A stretch of DNA of 63,843 nt, filler included, from Octopus bimaculoides (lineage: Eukaryota): the NCBI RefSeq assembly GCF_001194135.2. It is 3 parts of 3 records of this genome, joined end to end, with 100 filler letters (N's around TTAATTAATTAA, not from the genome) between each part and the next. Parts side by side here need not be neighbours in the genome. Positions count along the whole stretch, not along the records: positions 25,525 to 48,062 come from NC_068996.1; 2 more parts are not named here. One strand, given 5' to 3'. Shown one piece after another: positions 36,290-48,162 of the stretch (its first letter is position 1; each line of letters begins with the position of its first letter). A program made the position numbers and the translations under genes. Under the pieces are notes generated by a model, which saw only the letters and a program-made list of their open reading frames with translations, was not told the DNA's origin and made no database searches.

Positions 36290-36457
36290 ACACTCTCTGA
36301 GTGGTTGGCGTTAGGAAGGGCATCCAGCTGTAGAAACTCTGCCAAATCAGACTGGAGCCTGGTGTTGCCATCCGGTTTCACCAGTCCTCAGTCAAATCGT
36401 CCAACCCATGCTAGCATGGAAAGCGGACGTTAAACGATGATGATGATGATGATGATG
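36290..36457 (+). mobile_element. Family C repeat (young copy)
   Basis: Almost identical to 49020-49170 and ending in (GAT)n. Confidence 0.88.
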
Positions 36458-38224
36458 AATCTAAAATGAAAAATACTAACACATCAAGTCTGAAGTGGCA
36501 GATAGTGTCCACTCAGATAAAATATTATAATGAGGGATGTCGAGTTAATTTTGCAATGTCTGTTTTTACTCAGACACAAATGGAAATATGCGGTTGGTAA
36601 AATACAATAATGCAGCATGGTAGTTTGTGTGTGTCTTAAAGGTTTTAGTGAAAAAAGAAAAAAAAAAAATATCAGTGTCCTTGATCCTCTTCAAGAACTT
36701 TGAGGGTAATGGAAGGAAGTAAGGAAGTTATCATCACAGGCCAGACAACAGAGCTCAAACACTTGCAAAAAGAACGAACCCCTCCAAAGATATACAAGTG
36801 TCAAATTTTTGTGTTATAACGGCATACAGATTAAGTTGTGAGCAGTGAGGAGTAACAACCCTGTCAAAACTGACATGTTTCATTACATTTTCATTGTTGA
36901 GATCCAGCCAAACATTCTTTTATTGTGAGAGAAAGCAATCAGAAAGCTCTTCACATAAAAGCAGATGAAAGTTGGGATATGCAGTGAGTAGTCAAAGTGT
37001 CTTCAGTGAAGTCCTGAAAACCCAATACAAAGGACTAATCACACCACCACCAACACCAATGCCAGCACCACCAATGCCACCACCACTACTACTGCCACGG
37101 CCATTACCACCTCATAAATCAGTGCAAAGTTAACTAGATTGTTCTTCTACATAAAAGAAACCATCTCACCAGTTGCAGCCCACTTTCTCTCCCTCCTCTC
37201 TCTCTAACTCTCAATGCATATATAAATATATATATATATACATAACTACAAATATATGTATATATATATATATANNNNNNNNNNNNNNNNNNNNNNNNNN
37301 NNNNNNNNNNNNNNNNNNNNNNNNNNNNNNNNNNNNNNNNNNNNNNNNNNNNNNNNNNNNNNNNNNNNNNNNNNNNNNNNNNNNNNNNNNNNNNNNNNNN
37401 NNNNNNNNNNNNNNNNNNNNNNNNNNNNNNNNNNNNNNNNNNNNNNNNNNNNNNNNNNNNNNNNNNNNNNNNNNNNNNNNNNNNNNNNNNNNNNNNNNNN
37501 NNNNNNNNNNNNNNNNNNNNNNNNNNNNNNNNNNNNNNNNNNNNNNNNNNNNNNNNNNNNNNNNNNNNNTTTTTTTTTTTTTTTTTTGCAATACACACTT
37601 TAAAACAATAGGAGACACCTGGTTAGTAAAAAAAACCAAAAAATTTTGAAAATTTATAAATTTTTTCGAACACCCCTCCCCCACTCAGTAAAAATTTTGG
37701 GCATTTTTCTTTATTTTGTTCAAAACACTTAAAAATGATGGGAGGAGCCTTGAAGGTTAAGAAATTGGAGAAAATTGGTGATCACAAATACAATCCCTAC
37801 TTTCTATATTTTCAAACAAAATGATATGTAATTAAAAATAGTGAAAATTTTCATTGTCCCCCACCTCACCCATAAATCCTGAAATTTGGCTTTTTTCAAA
37901 AAAATTTCTTTTAATCATAGTTTTAAAATACTGAGAGTCTGAATCTGCAATTAGTCTTGAAACCAAATATGGTTGTTTTTCTTCTAGCGCTGACTTGAAC
38001 GACTGGTTGAATGACCAAATCCAAGCTTCTCTGCCCATCCACAGGCACGATGGGATTTTGTTCCACCAGGGTTTGCAAGACGTCCTCATTGGGCTCTACA
38101 GATCTAGGATGAGGATCATCTTCTAGGCTGTAGTTTTTGGCTTGGAATTTCTGGAACCCACCATTAACACTGGCTTAGCTTATTGTCTGATCCCTATATA
38201 TTGCATTAATATTCCTTACACTTT

Positions 38225-38460
38225 CTTATTTCTTTACTGCCCACAAGAGGCTGCCCACAGTGGAGACAAACAAGGACAGACAAATGGATTAAGTCGATTA
38301 TATTGACCCAGTGCGTAACTGGTACTTAATTTATCGACCCCGAAAGGATGAAAGGCAAAGTCGACCTCGACGGAATTTGAACTCAGAACATAAAGACAGA
38401 CGAAATACCGCTAAGCGTTTCGCCCAGCGTGCTTAACGATTCTACCAGCTTGCTGCCTTA
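38225..38460 (-). mobile_element. SINE family A copy
   Basis: Near-consensus reverse-complement copy. Confidence 0.9.
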
Positions 38461-38729
38461 TTCCTTGTGCTTTCTGTTGCATTGTTGGCTTTATTGACTA
38501 CATAAAGCAAAATATGCTGAATATGCTCCTTTGTCTCTTCCATCATAGCTTTGAAAAAATATCTGTTAAAATCGAACAGCACTCTTCAAAACCTGCACAG
38601 AAAATAAGTACAAAGTAAAATTACTACCTGCTTTTATTGCAAGTTGATGCAGGTAGTTTATCCCATGCCCCTCTGACTTATAGTTCATGCAGTTGAAAAC
38701 AACGCATTATTTATAGGATGACCCAACAC

Positions 38730-38775
<46 letters not shown>

Positions 38776-39199
38776 AAACACACACACACTACATATACAT
38801 ACATGCACACACATACATACACACGCACACACATACTTCAAACTGCCAGTCAAACATCTTTCTATTGACCATTCTTCTACACACATGTGAAGAGATACAC
38901 AACTACACAAAAGACTGCCACTTCTGCTACTGAATTCTTCCTACAACATTAAGCTACACAAAGTTCACTCACACATAAACAGCCAAAACCACACACACAC
39001 CACACACACAACACATACACATACATAAGCACACACATACGTGCTGTTATACACACACACACACACAGACATGCGTGCACGCACATAACCCTCACAGACA
39101 CACACACATACCTCCTTCTCTTACATTCTCCTGTCTTAGAAAGAACTTTTTCTTCACCCATTCCCTTCTGGTCATTTCAAAATGTAGCCAAATGTGAAT

Positions 39200-40170
39200 C
39201 GTTGGTGATTAGTAAGTAGAAAGAGACAAATCACATATCCCTTCAGGTAGATGGCCCTGCTTAATCTGTAGAAAAGGTGTAGGTAGAAATTTGATAAGAT
39301 GTACCTGGTGTAAGCTATGGATGCATAAGAGGTGCTGCAATATCAGAGGAAGGTTAACTGGGAAACTAGACTTTGTGTGTGGAAGTTGCACAGGTACAAT
39401 CAACACTACAATTGTACAGGAAATAGACTCCATCAAATGCAAGTGGAGAATGCTAGTAGCTGATAACTTCAGTTACCTAGGTGGCCAAGTCAGCAGCAGA
39501 GGTGGATGGTCTGAAAGCATAGCTGCTAGAATAAGAAGAGGCTGGGAAAAGTTCAGAGAGCTCCTACCACTGTTGGTAACAAAGGGCCTCTCTATCAGAC
39601 TGAAAGGCAGATTGTATGATACTTGTGTGAACAGCCATGTTACATGGCAGTGAAATATGGTTGTGACTGCTGAGGACATGTATAGGCTTGAAATAAATGA
39701 GGCTAGTATGCTTCACTGGATGTGCAATGCCAGTGTGCATGTACAACAGAGCGTAAGCACCTTGAAAGAAAAGTTGGGCATAAGAGGCATGAGATGTTGT
39801 GTGCAAGGGAGACAACTGTATTGGTATGGTCATGTGATGTGAATGAGCATGGACAGCTTTTGAAGTGCCAATCTCTAACAGTGGAGGAAAGCTCTGGAAG
39901 AAGGAGACCCAGGAAGACATGATGAGGTGGTGAAGCATGATCTTTGAACATTGAGTCTCACAGAGGCAATGACTAGTGACCAAGACCTTTGGTGATATGC
40001 CATGCTCCAGAAGACCGTTAGACTAAATGAAATCATATTTGTGGTCATTGTCATTGTCACATAAGCTGCACCCTTGCTGGTGGTGTGTAAAAAGCACCTT
40101 TTGAGCATTGGGTCTCACAGAGGTAATGACAAATGACCGAAACCTTTGGCAATATGCTGTGCATGAGAAG
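39200..40170 (+). mobile_element. RTE-clade LINE, 3' ORF relic
   Basis: IRCTWCKLWMHKRC...FVCGSC, then FSYLG...ARIRRGWEKFRELLPLL...KGRLYDTCV, EASMLHWMCN, QLYWYGHVM, SGRRRPRKT; typical RTE C-terminal motifs. Confidence 0.88.
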
Positions 40171-40224
40171 AAGACCAATCAAGCCAAGTGAAATCGTAGT
40201 CATGGTAAATACTGGTGTCATGCA

Positions 40225-40650
40225 ACTGGCACCCATGCCAGTGGCACGCAAGACCACCCATTACATCCTCAGAGTGGCTGGTGTTAGGAAGGGCATCCAG
40301 CCATAAAAACCTTGCCAAATAAAACTAGAATTTGGTGCAGCCTCTCAGATTACCTGCTCTGGTCACACTGTCAAACCCATGCCAGCATGGACAAAGGACA
40401 TTAAATGATGATGATGATGATGTTGCCTGACTGGCCTTTGTGCCGGTGGCACATAAAAGCACCTATTGCACTCTCAGACTGGTTGGCGTTAGGAAGGGCA
40501 TCTAGCTGTAGAAACTTTGCTAGATTGGATTAGAGCCTGGTGCAGCCTTCCTGATTTGCCAGCCCTCAGTCAAACCATCCAACCCATGCCAGCATGGAAA
40601 TGGACATTAAATGATGAAGATGATGATGATGATGATAATGATGATGATGA
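40225..40650 (+). mobile_element. Two tandem family C / RTE 3' tails with (GAT)n ends
   Basis: g(t/c)gttaggaagggcatc(c/t)agc...cccatgccagcatgga...gacattaaatgatga occurs twice. Confidence 0.85.
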
Positions 40651-40706
<56 letters not shown>

Positions 40707-40711
<5 letters not shown>

Positions 40712-40864
40712 GCTTCTTCCAGTCTATAACTACAAAATCCACTCACAAGGCTTTGGTTGACCTAAGGCTATAGTAGAAGACATTAACACAACGTGCCACA
40801 CAGTGGGACTGAACCTGGAAACATGTGGTTGGGAAGCTAGATTCTTACCACACAGCCACTCCTG
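40707..40864 (-). mobile_element. SINE family D copy
   Basis: Reverse-complement full-length match. Confidence 0.8.
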
Positions 40865-42299
40865 AGTTGATAGATAGACGGATGCATTTATTGTGTATAT
40901 ATTTATATGTTTGTCTGTGTACACATACATAAGTGTATGTTTGTGTACGCCCCCTCCCCCTCCCTCGCTCTCTGTTTTTATCAGTGAAGTGATCTTATTA
41001 CAAAATCTCATTGTGATATACAATGTTGGCATATAGTCCAAATACATAAGGGATATTAACTATAAACATTTATGTAGAATACACTTTAAAGCATATAGAA
41101 TCAGATGGAATCTCATTCTTTCTACATCATCTCACCTTTAACAAAGAGTGTGTACAGGTATGGTAAGGAAATGTGTTTCCAGCAGAGTTTTTTTTTTAAT
41201 GATGTGAGTGGAATGGTAAAAAAGATTAAACAGAGTTGTTTGGTGAAGTAGCACTCAGAGAGAAAAAAAAAAAAGAAAAAAACATTGTCTGTGCGAATGA
41301 AGTTAGAAGAGCCAGGAAGAAATAGTGAAACAATGCACACATATGTGTTTATATACATACATATACATGCATGTATTTATATATGTATATGTATCTATTT
41401 ACTTATCTAATAACATATGCATATATATTATATGTAAACAAACAGATATATATGTATGCATATATATATANNNNNNNNNNNNNNNNNNNNNNNNNNNNNN
41501 NNNNNNNNNNNNNNNNNNNNNNNNNNNNNNNNNNNNNNNNNNNNNNNNNNNNNNNNNNNNNNNNNNNNNNNNNNNNNNNNNNNNNNNNNNNNNNNNNNNN
41601 NNNNNNNNNNNNNNNNNNNNNNNNNNNNNNNNNNNNNNNNNNNNNNNNNNNNNNNNNNNNNNNNNNNNAAAATGTGTGGAATACAAAAGGTATTTTAAGA
41701 CTATATATTTATATAATTTATCTCATGCCTATTCTTTCCCATACCTATTCTTTCAATTAATTGACCTCTATAAATACCCCCCTTCCCCCCTTCAAATGCT
41801 ACTTTCCCTGCAGACAATGAATCTCATTGATCATTTGACCAAGCTATTTCTACCTACCATTCTACTTTGGCTAAATTTGTGAATTATTTACTCTTACCTT
41901 TGCAATGGAGCAAACAACCCTGGGTAATTAGACCTAAGAAAAAACTAAAGAGTATTTTTAAGTGCTATGTAAGACATGCTAGGCTTTAGTTGGAAACATA
42001 TGTAGTCCTGATTTACCTTTTCTATTCCTTATAGTCTTTGATTTATGTTCTCATAATTAACAATTTTTGTTACTAAACAATGTATAGTATAGTGACAATA
42101 ATCTTATTGTAGTTTCTATCTGTTTCAATATGAGACGAAGTGTATACCATACACCACTTAATAAAGTTTGTTGGTTATGTATTACCCACTTTTTGTCCTC
42201 TATACAAGATCTGTACATATTTACTATTAACTTCCTGTACCAAGATCTTTACAGATTACGCTATATATGTATATAGACACATACATTTGTATGTATGTC

Positions 42300-43345
42300 A
42301 TTATTCAGTTTATTTCAAAATTTCTTGCCAATAGAGAAAGAATCAGTTTCTAACCTAGATCCAAGGCTCTGTGATTGGAATTTCAACATCAACAACAGGG
42401 TATTTTTGTTTGTATGCATGCATGCATGCATGTATGTATGTATGTATGTATGTATGTATGTATGTATGTATGTGCAGATTTGTATGTATTCTCATGCATA
42501 TAGTTACATATCTAGACATGCTCATATATATTTAAATGATAAACTTCTGGAAAGTTTAACAGGTTTTTACAGTTCCAGTGATGGATTGGAACTGTAGTCT
42601 TCGAATCAGTTTTCCCCCTTATAGCTTTGAGAAGCCTAATTTCTCAAGATTAGTATTTAGGCAGTGTGTTACATATCTCAGGGCCCCAATAATTACAGGT
42701 ATAAACCTGAACTTGTAATCTGGATAGAATAACTGCAGATTTCTCAATAGTTCAGCATAGGTGTTCCCTTTTACATTGACCTTCAGCTTTATGTTAACAT
42801 CCGCTGGGCAGCTACTTTCTACAACTCTGCACAGTTTCTCTTCTCTATCCCAAATCATTTTATCAGGTCTGTTGTGCTTACATTTTATTGAGGTCTTCAC
42901 TGGTACATTCCACCAGTATTCCTTTTTATTATGAATGGCTATGGGCTCTTATTTCTTTGTCTCGGGATTATCCTGCTGACTGATTTCATTATAGAGTGTC
43001 CTAGCTACAACATAATGTCTCATCGGTAGATAATACCGTGATGACATTTTTGGACAACTGTTTATGATGTGGGTGATATCTCAGTGTGAACTCCACAAAG
43101 TCTGCATCGGTTGTCACATTTTACGGCTTTTCCTGCATCTTTATCCCTTTTGTGCATCAGGTACTTGGTTGATATTTCCTGTTCTTGGATTGCAAATGCA
43201 CACCTTTCAAAGTTGGAGGTAATAATCTGGCTGTTGGTCCATGATAAACTGCTCTTCTTGAACTTTTTCCTCCTCTTTCCAAGCAAACCAAGAACAAAGC
43301 TACAAGATTTGGTGGTCTCACATCTAAAAGATAACTAATCGTTGA
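42300..43345 (-). mobile_element. 5'-truncated RLE-type non-LTR retrotransposon (R4/Dong-like) with CCHC knuckle and restriction-like endonuclease
   Basis: AIQEQEISTKYL...CRLCGVHTE.(TH).., KHNRPD, VVESSCPADVN, IPVIIGAL motifs; 3' UTR matches 5672-5930. Confidence 0.88.
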
Positions 43346-43947
43346 ATAAACACAATAAAGATGTTATTTCATTTCCCTCACCTCAAGCAAATCAAAAATT
43401 TGAGTAAAATCAGGAAAACTTGCATCTCAATTTCCATTCAAGACCAGTTAATTCTTGTATCTTGAATAAGCCATTAATATCTGTAGAATAAGATGCTATG
43501 AAAGTTGATCCCTATATTCTAAGTTTCTCTATCAGTGAGTATCAGATAATTTATGTATGTATACATATTTAGTCTTCTCTTAAATGAATATATTGTTAAA
43601 TATTTGCAAGCTTTGTTGTTGTTTATAAAACAAGTAGCCAGCCTAATCCATAATACACACCCATTAATGTATCATGCAACAATTAATACAAGAACCACAA
43701 GCATGAAAATCAACCAAACAACAACATTTTCAAAGATACCTGTAGCACCAAGGCCAAGCTAGTGGCCAAAATCAAGGAGGTGTACAAAAATCTTCCCAGG
43801 CATAGAGTGAGGAACACATGCACCCAGTTCCACAACTGATTTTTTTTTAATGTTTTTATAATAAAAAAAATAGTTTTATTTTTGGATGATTTATTGTTTT
43901 CTTTTCCTGTTATGTCAACTGTCAAATTTAGCCTAAACACTATGTAT

Positions 43948-44122
43948 GTTGTATACTGTCAACTTAACGTGACAGTCCCCATAAAGGAATCATTCTACTG
44001 CTATTTAGCCCTAGGAAGCTGGACCTACAGGGCCGACAGGAAGCGGTCCAGCTTCCTAGGGCTAAATAGCAGTAGTATGATTCCCTTACTGAGACTGTCA
44101 TGTTAAGTTGACAGTAAACAAC
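43948..44122. repeat. Long near-perfect inverted repeat (hairpin), ~75 bp arms and 19 nt loop
   Basis: Inner arms 43986-44025 and 44045-44084 pair at 39 of 40 positions; outer arms tactgtcaacttaac(g/a)tgacagtc also pair. Confidence 0.92.
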
Positions 44123-45580
44123 TACTTTATCGTATCACCGCTGCTTAAGTCTCTCTGTGAGATTTAGAAATAGATCATTTCTAACTATGTATGTTGTATT
44201 TTGACTAAGAATTTTTGCCCAATGTGCTAATGGTTCTGCCAGTTCTCTGCCTTGATTTTTATGTTTATTGGCGATATTTCACATGCATTTACAATTCAAA
44301 ATGACCACTTTTTGCTTTCACCATAGCCTTTCATCTTTTCTCAACTGAAGTGTCACCTCTTTGCCATCTTCCTGTAACTCCTTCACAGATTTCTCTTCAT
44401 CCTCTTATTGATAATTTCAATGATTCCTGGCATAAACTGAAAGATTTCTTCCTGGGACTGTATTTGGTAAGATTATTTGAACCTCTTGACCCTTTTTCCT
44501 CACATCAAAAACAGATTCAACTGTTTTATCACCTCACAGTTATTATGCCAGCCATTTTCAATGCTACAATTTGTTTGTGCTTTGTATAAGCCACCATTTA
44601 TAACCATTTTGGCATGTAAACCATTTGTATTAGACCTGAAGAGGGTAAACCAAAATTGCTATACAATTTTAAACTAAAATTGCACTACAAAATAGCACTT
44701 TGGCAAATGCTAATTTTTTCTCAAATAAAAAGTCCTTGGAAGCGTCTATTCATTTTGTCTTCAACAATGCTAAGAATTATTTTTTGGTGACTGTTGGTTA
44801 TATCTTATACCAACTCCCTTTATTAATTATATTAATTCCCATTTGTAATGCTACTTTAATATGCAGTTTATTGCAGTGTCTATAGTGTAGGCTGTGAAGT
44901 GACCTGATTTGAGTTAGAGTTAGGAATACTTTGAAATTACAGAGTGATAATTCAGAAGGCCAAGATGTGTTACTGCCTCCTCGTGTCTACATAAGAATTG
45001 TTGTTCTTCATGAACTTCTGCTGGGGAATCAAATCTGTATAGTATTTTGGGAGTGATAAATATAATTTTATTTATCTGTTATTTTGGCATGATAAAAAGT
45101 GACAAATCCTCTGAAAGTGGAATCATATTTGTAAAACCTACAAGAATAGGTGCAAGCACTAATATTTATAAAACATGTGACATATTAATAAAAATCTATA
45201 AATGTACAACTATCCAGATATCTGAGTACCTTATTATTTTTTCTAATATATAATTCCTGTACATCACCTCCAACCCTTCCAATATATATATATATATANN
45301 NNNNNNNNNNNNNNNNNNNNNNNNNNNNNNNNNNNNNNNNNNNNNNNNNNNNNNNNNNNNNNNNNNNNNNNNNNNNNNNNNNNNNNNNNNNNNNNNNNNN
45401 NNNNNNNNNNNNNNNNNNNNNNNNNNNNNNNNNNNNNNNNNNNNNNNNNNNNNNNNNNNNNNNNNNNNNNNNNNNNNNNNNNNNNNNNNNNNNNNNNNNN
45501 NNNNNNNNNNNNNNNNNNNNNNNNNNNNNNNNNNNNNNNNNNNNNNNNNNNNNNNNNNNNNNNNNNNNNNNNNNNNNNNN

Positions 45581-45614
<34 letters not shown>

Positions 45615-45984
45615 CTTTAAAGAGAGCTCAAAACTGATTCATTGAAAATACTTTATTATAATAATAATAATGATGAAAATGACCTATGAACATTTCGATG
45701 CAATACCCAGATTGATTCGTGCATATTATAAAATATTATAAAATATTATAAAATATGGGATACCACATCTCATCGGGGCCTTATTATTATTATTATCACT
45801 ATTAGTAATATGCAGACAATAAAAATGGAAAACATTCAAATCCAATTTTCATAGTTGACCCATGAAAATATGCAAAACAGGATGAAAAGGTATGAGATGA
45901 TATACAACCGTTCATCCTAAAGGATATCACACCAGTATTACTTGGGCTAACAATGACAGATCAATGTTAATTTTATACCAGTGC

Positions 45985-47565
45985 TTTTTTAAAGATCATT
46001 GCTACATTTGATCATACACATTGGATTCGAATCACGTGGGAGTCCAAGTCGAGTTCCTCCCTGCTTACACCGCCTCCCACGTCCAGCATATGGATCAAAG
46101 CATGATCCATGCCTTCAAGGCACTTTACACTCAGAACTCTCTCCAACACCTTGTGGACGCAATGGATCAGACGAGAATTTCAAGTTAAAGGAATACTGGC
46201 ATAACTTCACGATCGCAACGTACCTGTCAATCATCCACGCTGCTTTTAAAGACATGAAAAAGGAAACCCACATCGCATGCTGGAAGAAGGTGTGGCCAGA
46301 GAGTGTCCAGGACTACGACGGCTTCTCACCTGAAGATATTCAGCACGAGGCTATCAACAATGCGGCGAAACTGGCAAAGGTACTTGGAGGCAGAGGTTTT
46401 GACAACATCATGCAAGATGAGGTCAACAATCTCATCGAATGTCTACTCTGAAATGGTGACAGACAAAGATTTGTTGGAGTTAACTAAGTCTGCCAGCGAA
46501 GAGGAGGAGGAAGCGCCAGAACCAGAGGAAGAGGTGGATGAAGTGGGCCTGGCAATCTGACATATGTCTGACCTTTTAAGGAGAGCAGAGGAATTGCAAG
46601 ATAAGGTGGAAGCATAGGACCCCTATACGATTCGGTCTCTCCAATTCAAAAATGCCATCGATGCTGCCATACCGACATATAAAACTCTCCTTACCACCAT
46701 GAAGAAACAACGACAGCAACTTACCATCCTCAATCCCACCAAGAAAGCTTTTCATGAAGATACGACAACCTCTAAAACACCTGAGGAAGAAGTATCACTT
46801 GAAGAGCTTTAAATCTTCTATGCTGTGCAGTCATTAACTTTATTATTTTCATCATCATCATCATCTTAAATCAAAATGGTGAATAGCAGTACATTTTACT
46901 TTATTTTTATTAAATTATTATTAAATATATANNNNNNNNNNNNNNNNNNNNNNNNNNNNNNNNNNNNNNNNNNNNNNNNNNNNNNNNNNNNNNNNNNNNN
47001 NNNNNNNNNNNNNNNNNNNNNNNNNNNNNNNNNNNNNNNNNNNNNNNNNNNNNNNNNNNNNNNNNNNNNNNNNNNNATATATATATATATATATATATAC
47101 ATACATATATATACATATTGTTGTTGTTGTTTGTTCCTTGTCGAGCCATGCCTGGCTCATAAGGGCCAGTTTCCTGGTTTCATTGGTGTATAGGTTCCCC
47201 ATCTGAACAGGACGCTGGTCTGTCGCAGGTAAGCTGCTAGATTCTGGGGGAAAGAGTGAGAGAAAGTTGTGGCGAAAGAGTCACCATTACCTTCTGCTGG
47301 AGGAGCATGAAGCTTAGGTGTTTCACTCATAAACACACATATCACCCAGTCTGAGATTGAACCTGTGATCCCATGACCATGAGTCCACTGCTCTAACCAC
47401 TTGGCTATGTGCCTCCATATATACATATATATATATATTTATAATATTTTATGTTATATTTTGACATTTAAAGGCATTTTTATGGACCGCATCAAATATT
47501 TGCGGTTTTGCACTATTCATGGATGCTCTAGGAACGTAACCCTCGTGAATATCGGGGGATTTCTA
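45985..47565 (+). mobile_element. Second Tigger/pogo element (DDE C-terminal half, gap, nested SINE, right terminus)
   Basis: GVQVEFLPAYTASHVQHMDQSMIHAFKALYTQNSL, EYWHNFTIA, ACWKKVWPE; Tigger-like end ggaacgtaaccctcgtgaatatcggggga. Confidence 0.82.
47140..47418 (-). mobile_element. tRNA-derived SINE (family E-like) nested in the Tigger
   Basis: Reverse complement begins ggaggcacatagccaagtggttagagcag...gggttcaatctc (A/B boxes). Confidence 0.7.
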
Positions 47566-47761
47566 TATATATGTATATGTGTGTATATATATGCATATAT
47601 GTATATGTATATATTTGTATGTATTTATATATATATATATATGTATATGTGTATGTATGTATAGATATATATGTCTATATGTATGTGTATATTTATATAT
47701 ATATTACTGGATAGATACTATCCCTTCGTGGGTTGAACGCCCAACCCCTAACTCTCTCACG

Positions 47762-47803
<42 letters not shown>

Positions 47804-47934
47804 TTATATAAAGGGCATTATTACAGAAAAATAATAATGCCACACAGTGGACTTCTCAAAATAACCACATTTAGTACCTAATGCGAGGAAAAACAACCAA
47901 CAGAAGACGACCAACTTTCTTTTAAATAAACTTA

Positions 47935-47996
47935 ACTGTGTATCGACCGATTTCGCGATTACTAGAATGAATCTAGATTTCGTTCATCAGCACAGT
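47935..47996 (-). ncRNA. Type-I hammerhead ribozyme candidate, near-canonical
   Basis: ACUGUG-CUGAUGA-ACGA(AAU)CUAGA(UUCAU)UCUAG(UAA)UCGC-GAAA-UC(GGUC)GA-UA-CACAGU: 6 bp stem I, intact CUGAUGA/GAAA core, 3 bp stem III, AUA cleavage triplet. Confidence 0.7.
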
Positions 47997-48062
47997 ATTG
48001 TCCCAAAAATATATATAAATAAACAGAATTCTCACCTCACCAAAAACGAACACACTACGTAT

Positions 48063-48162
48063 NNNNNNNNNNNNNNNNNNNNNNNNNNNNNNNNNNNNNN
48101 NNNNNNTTAATTAATTAANNNNNNNNNNNNNNNNNNNNNNNNNNNNNNNNNNNNNNNNNNNN
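48063..48162. other. Artificial 100 bp assembly spacer N44-TTAATTAATTAA-N44
   Basis: Same construct as 25425-25524. Confidence 0.92.

Noticed and set aside
37600-37970. A/T-tract-rich segment resembling DNA-transposon subterminal sequence
   Set aside because: No TIR pair, TSD or coding relic could be identified.
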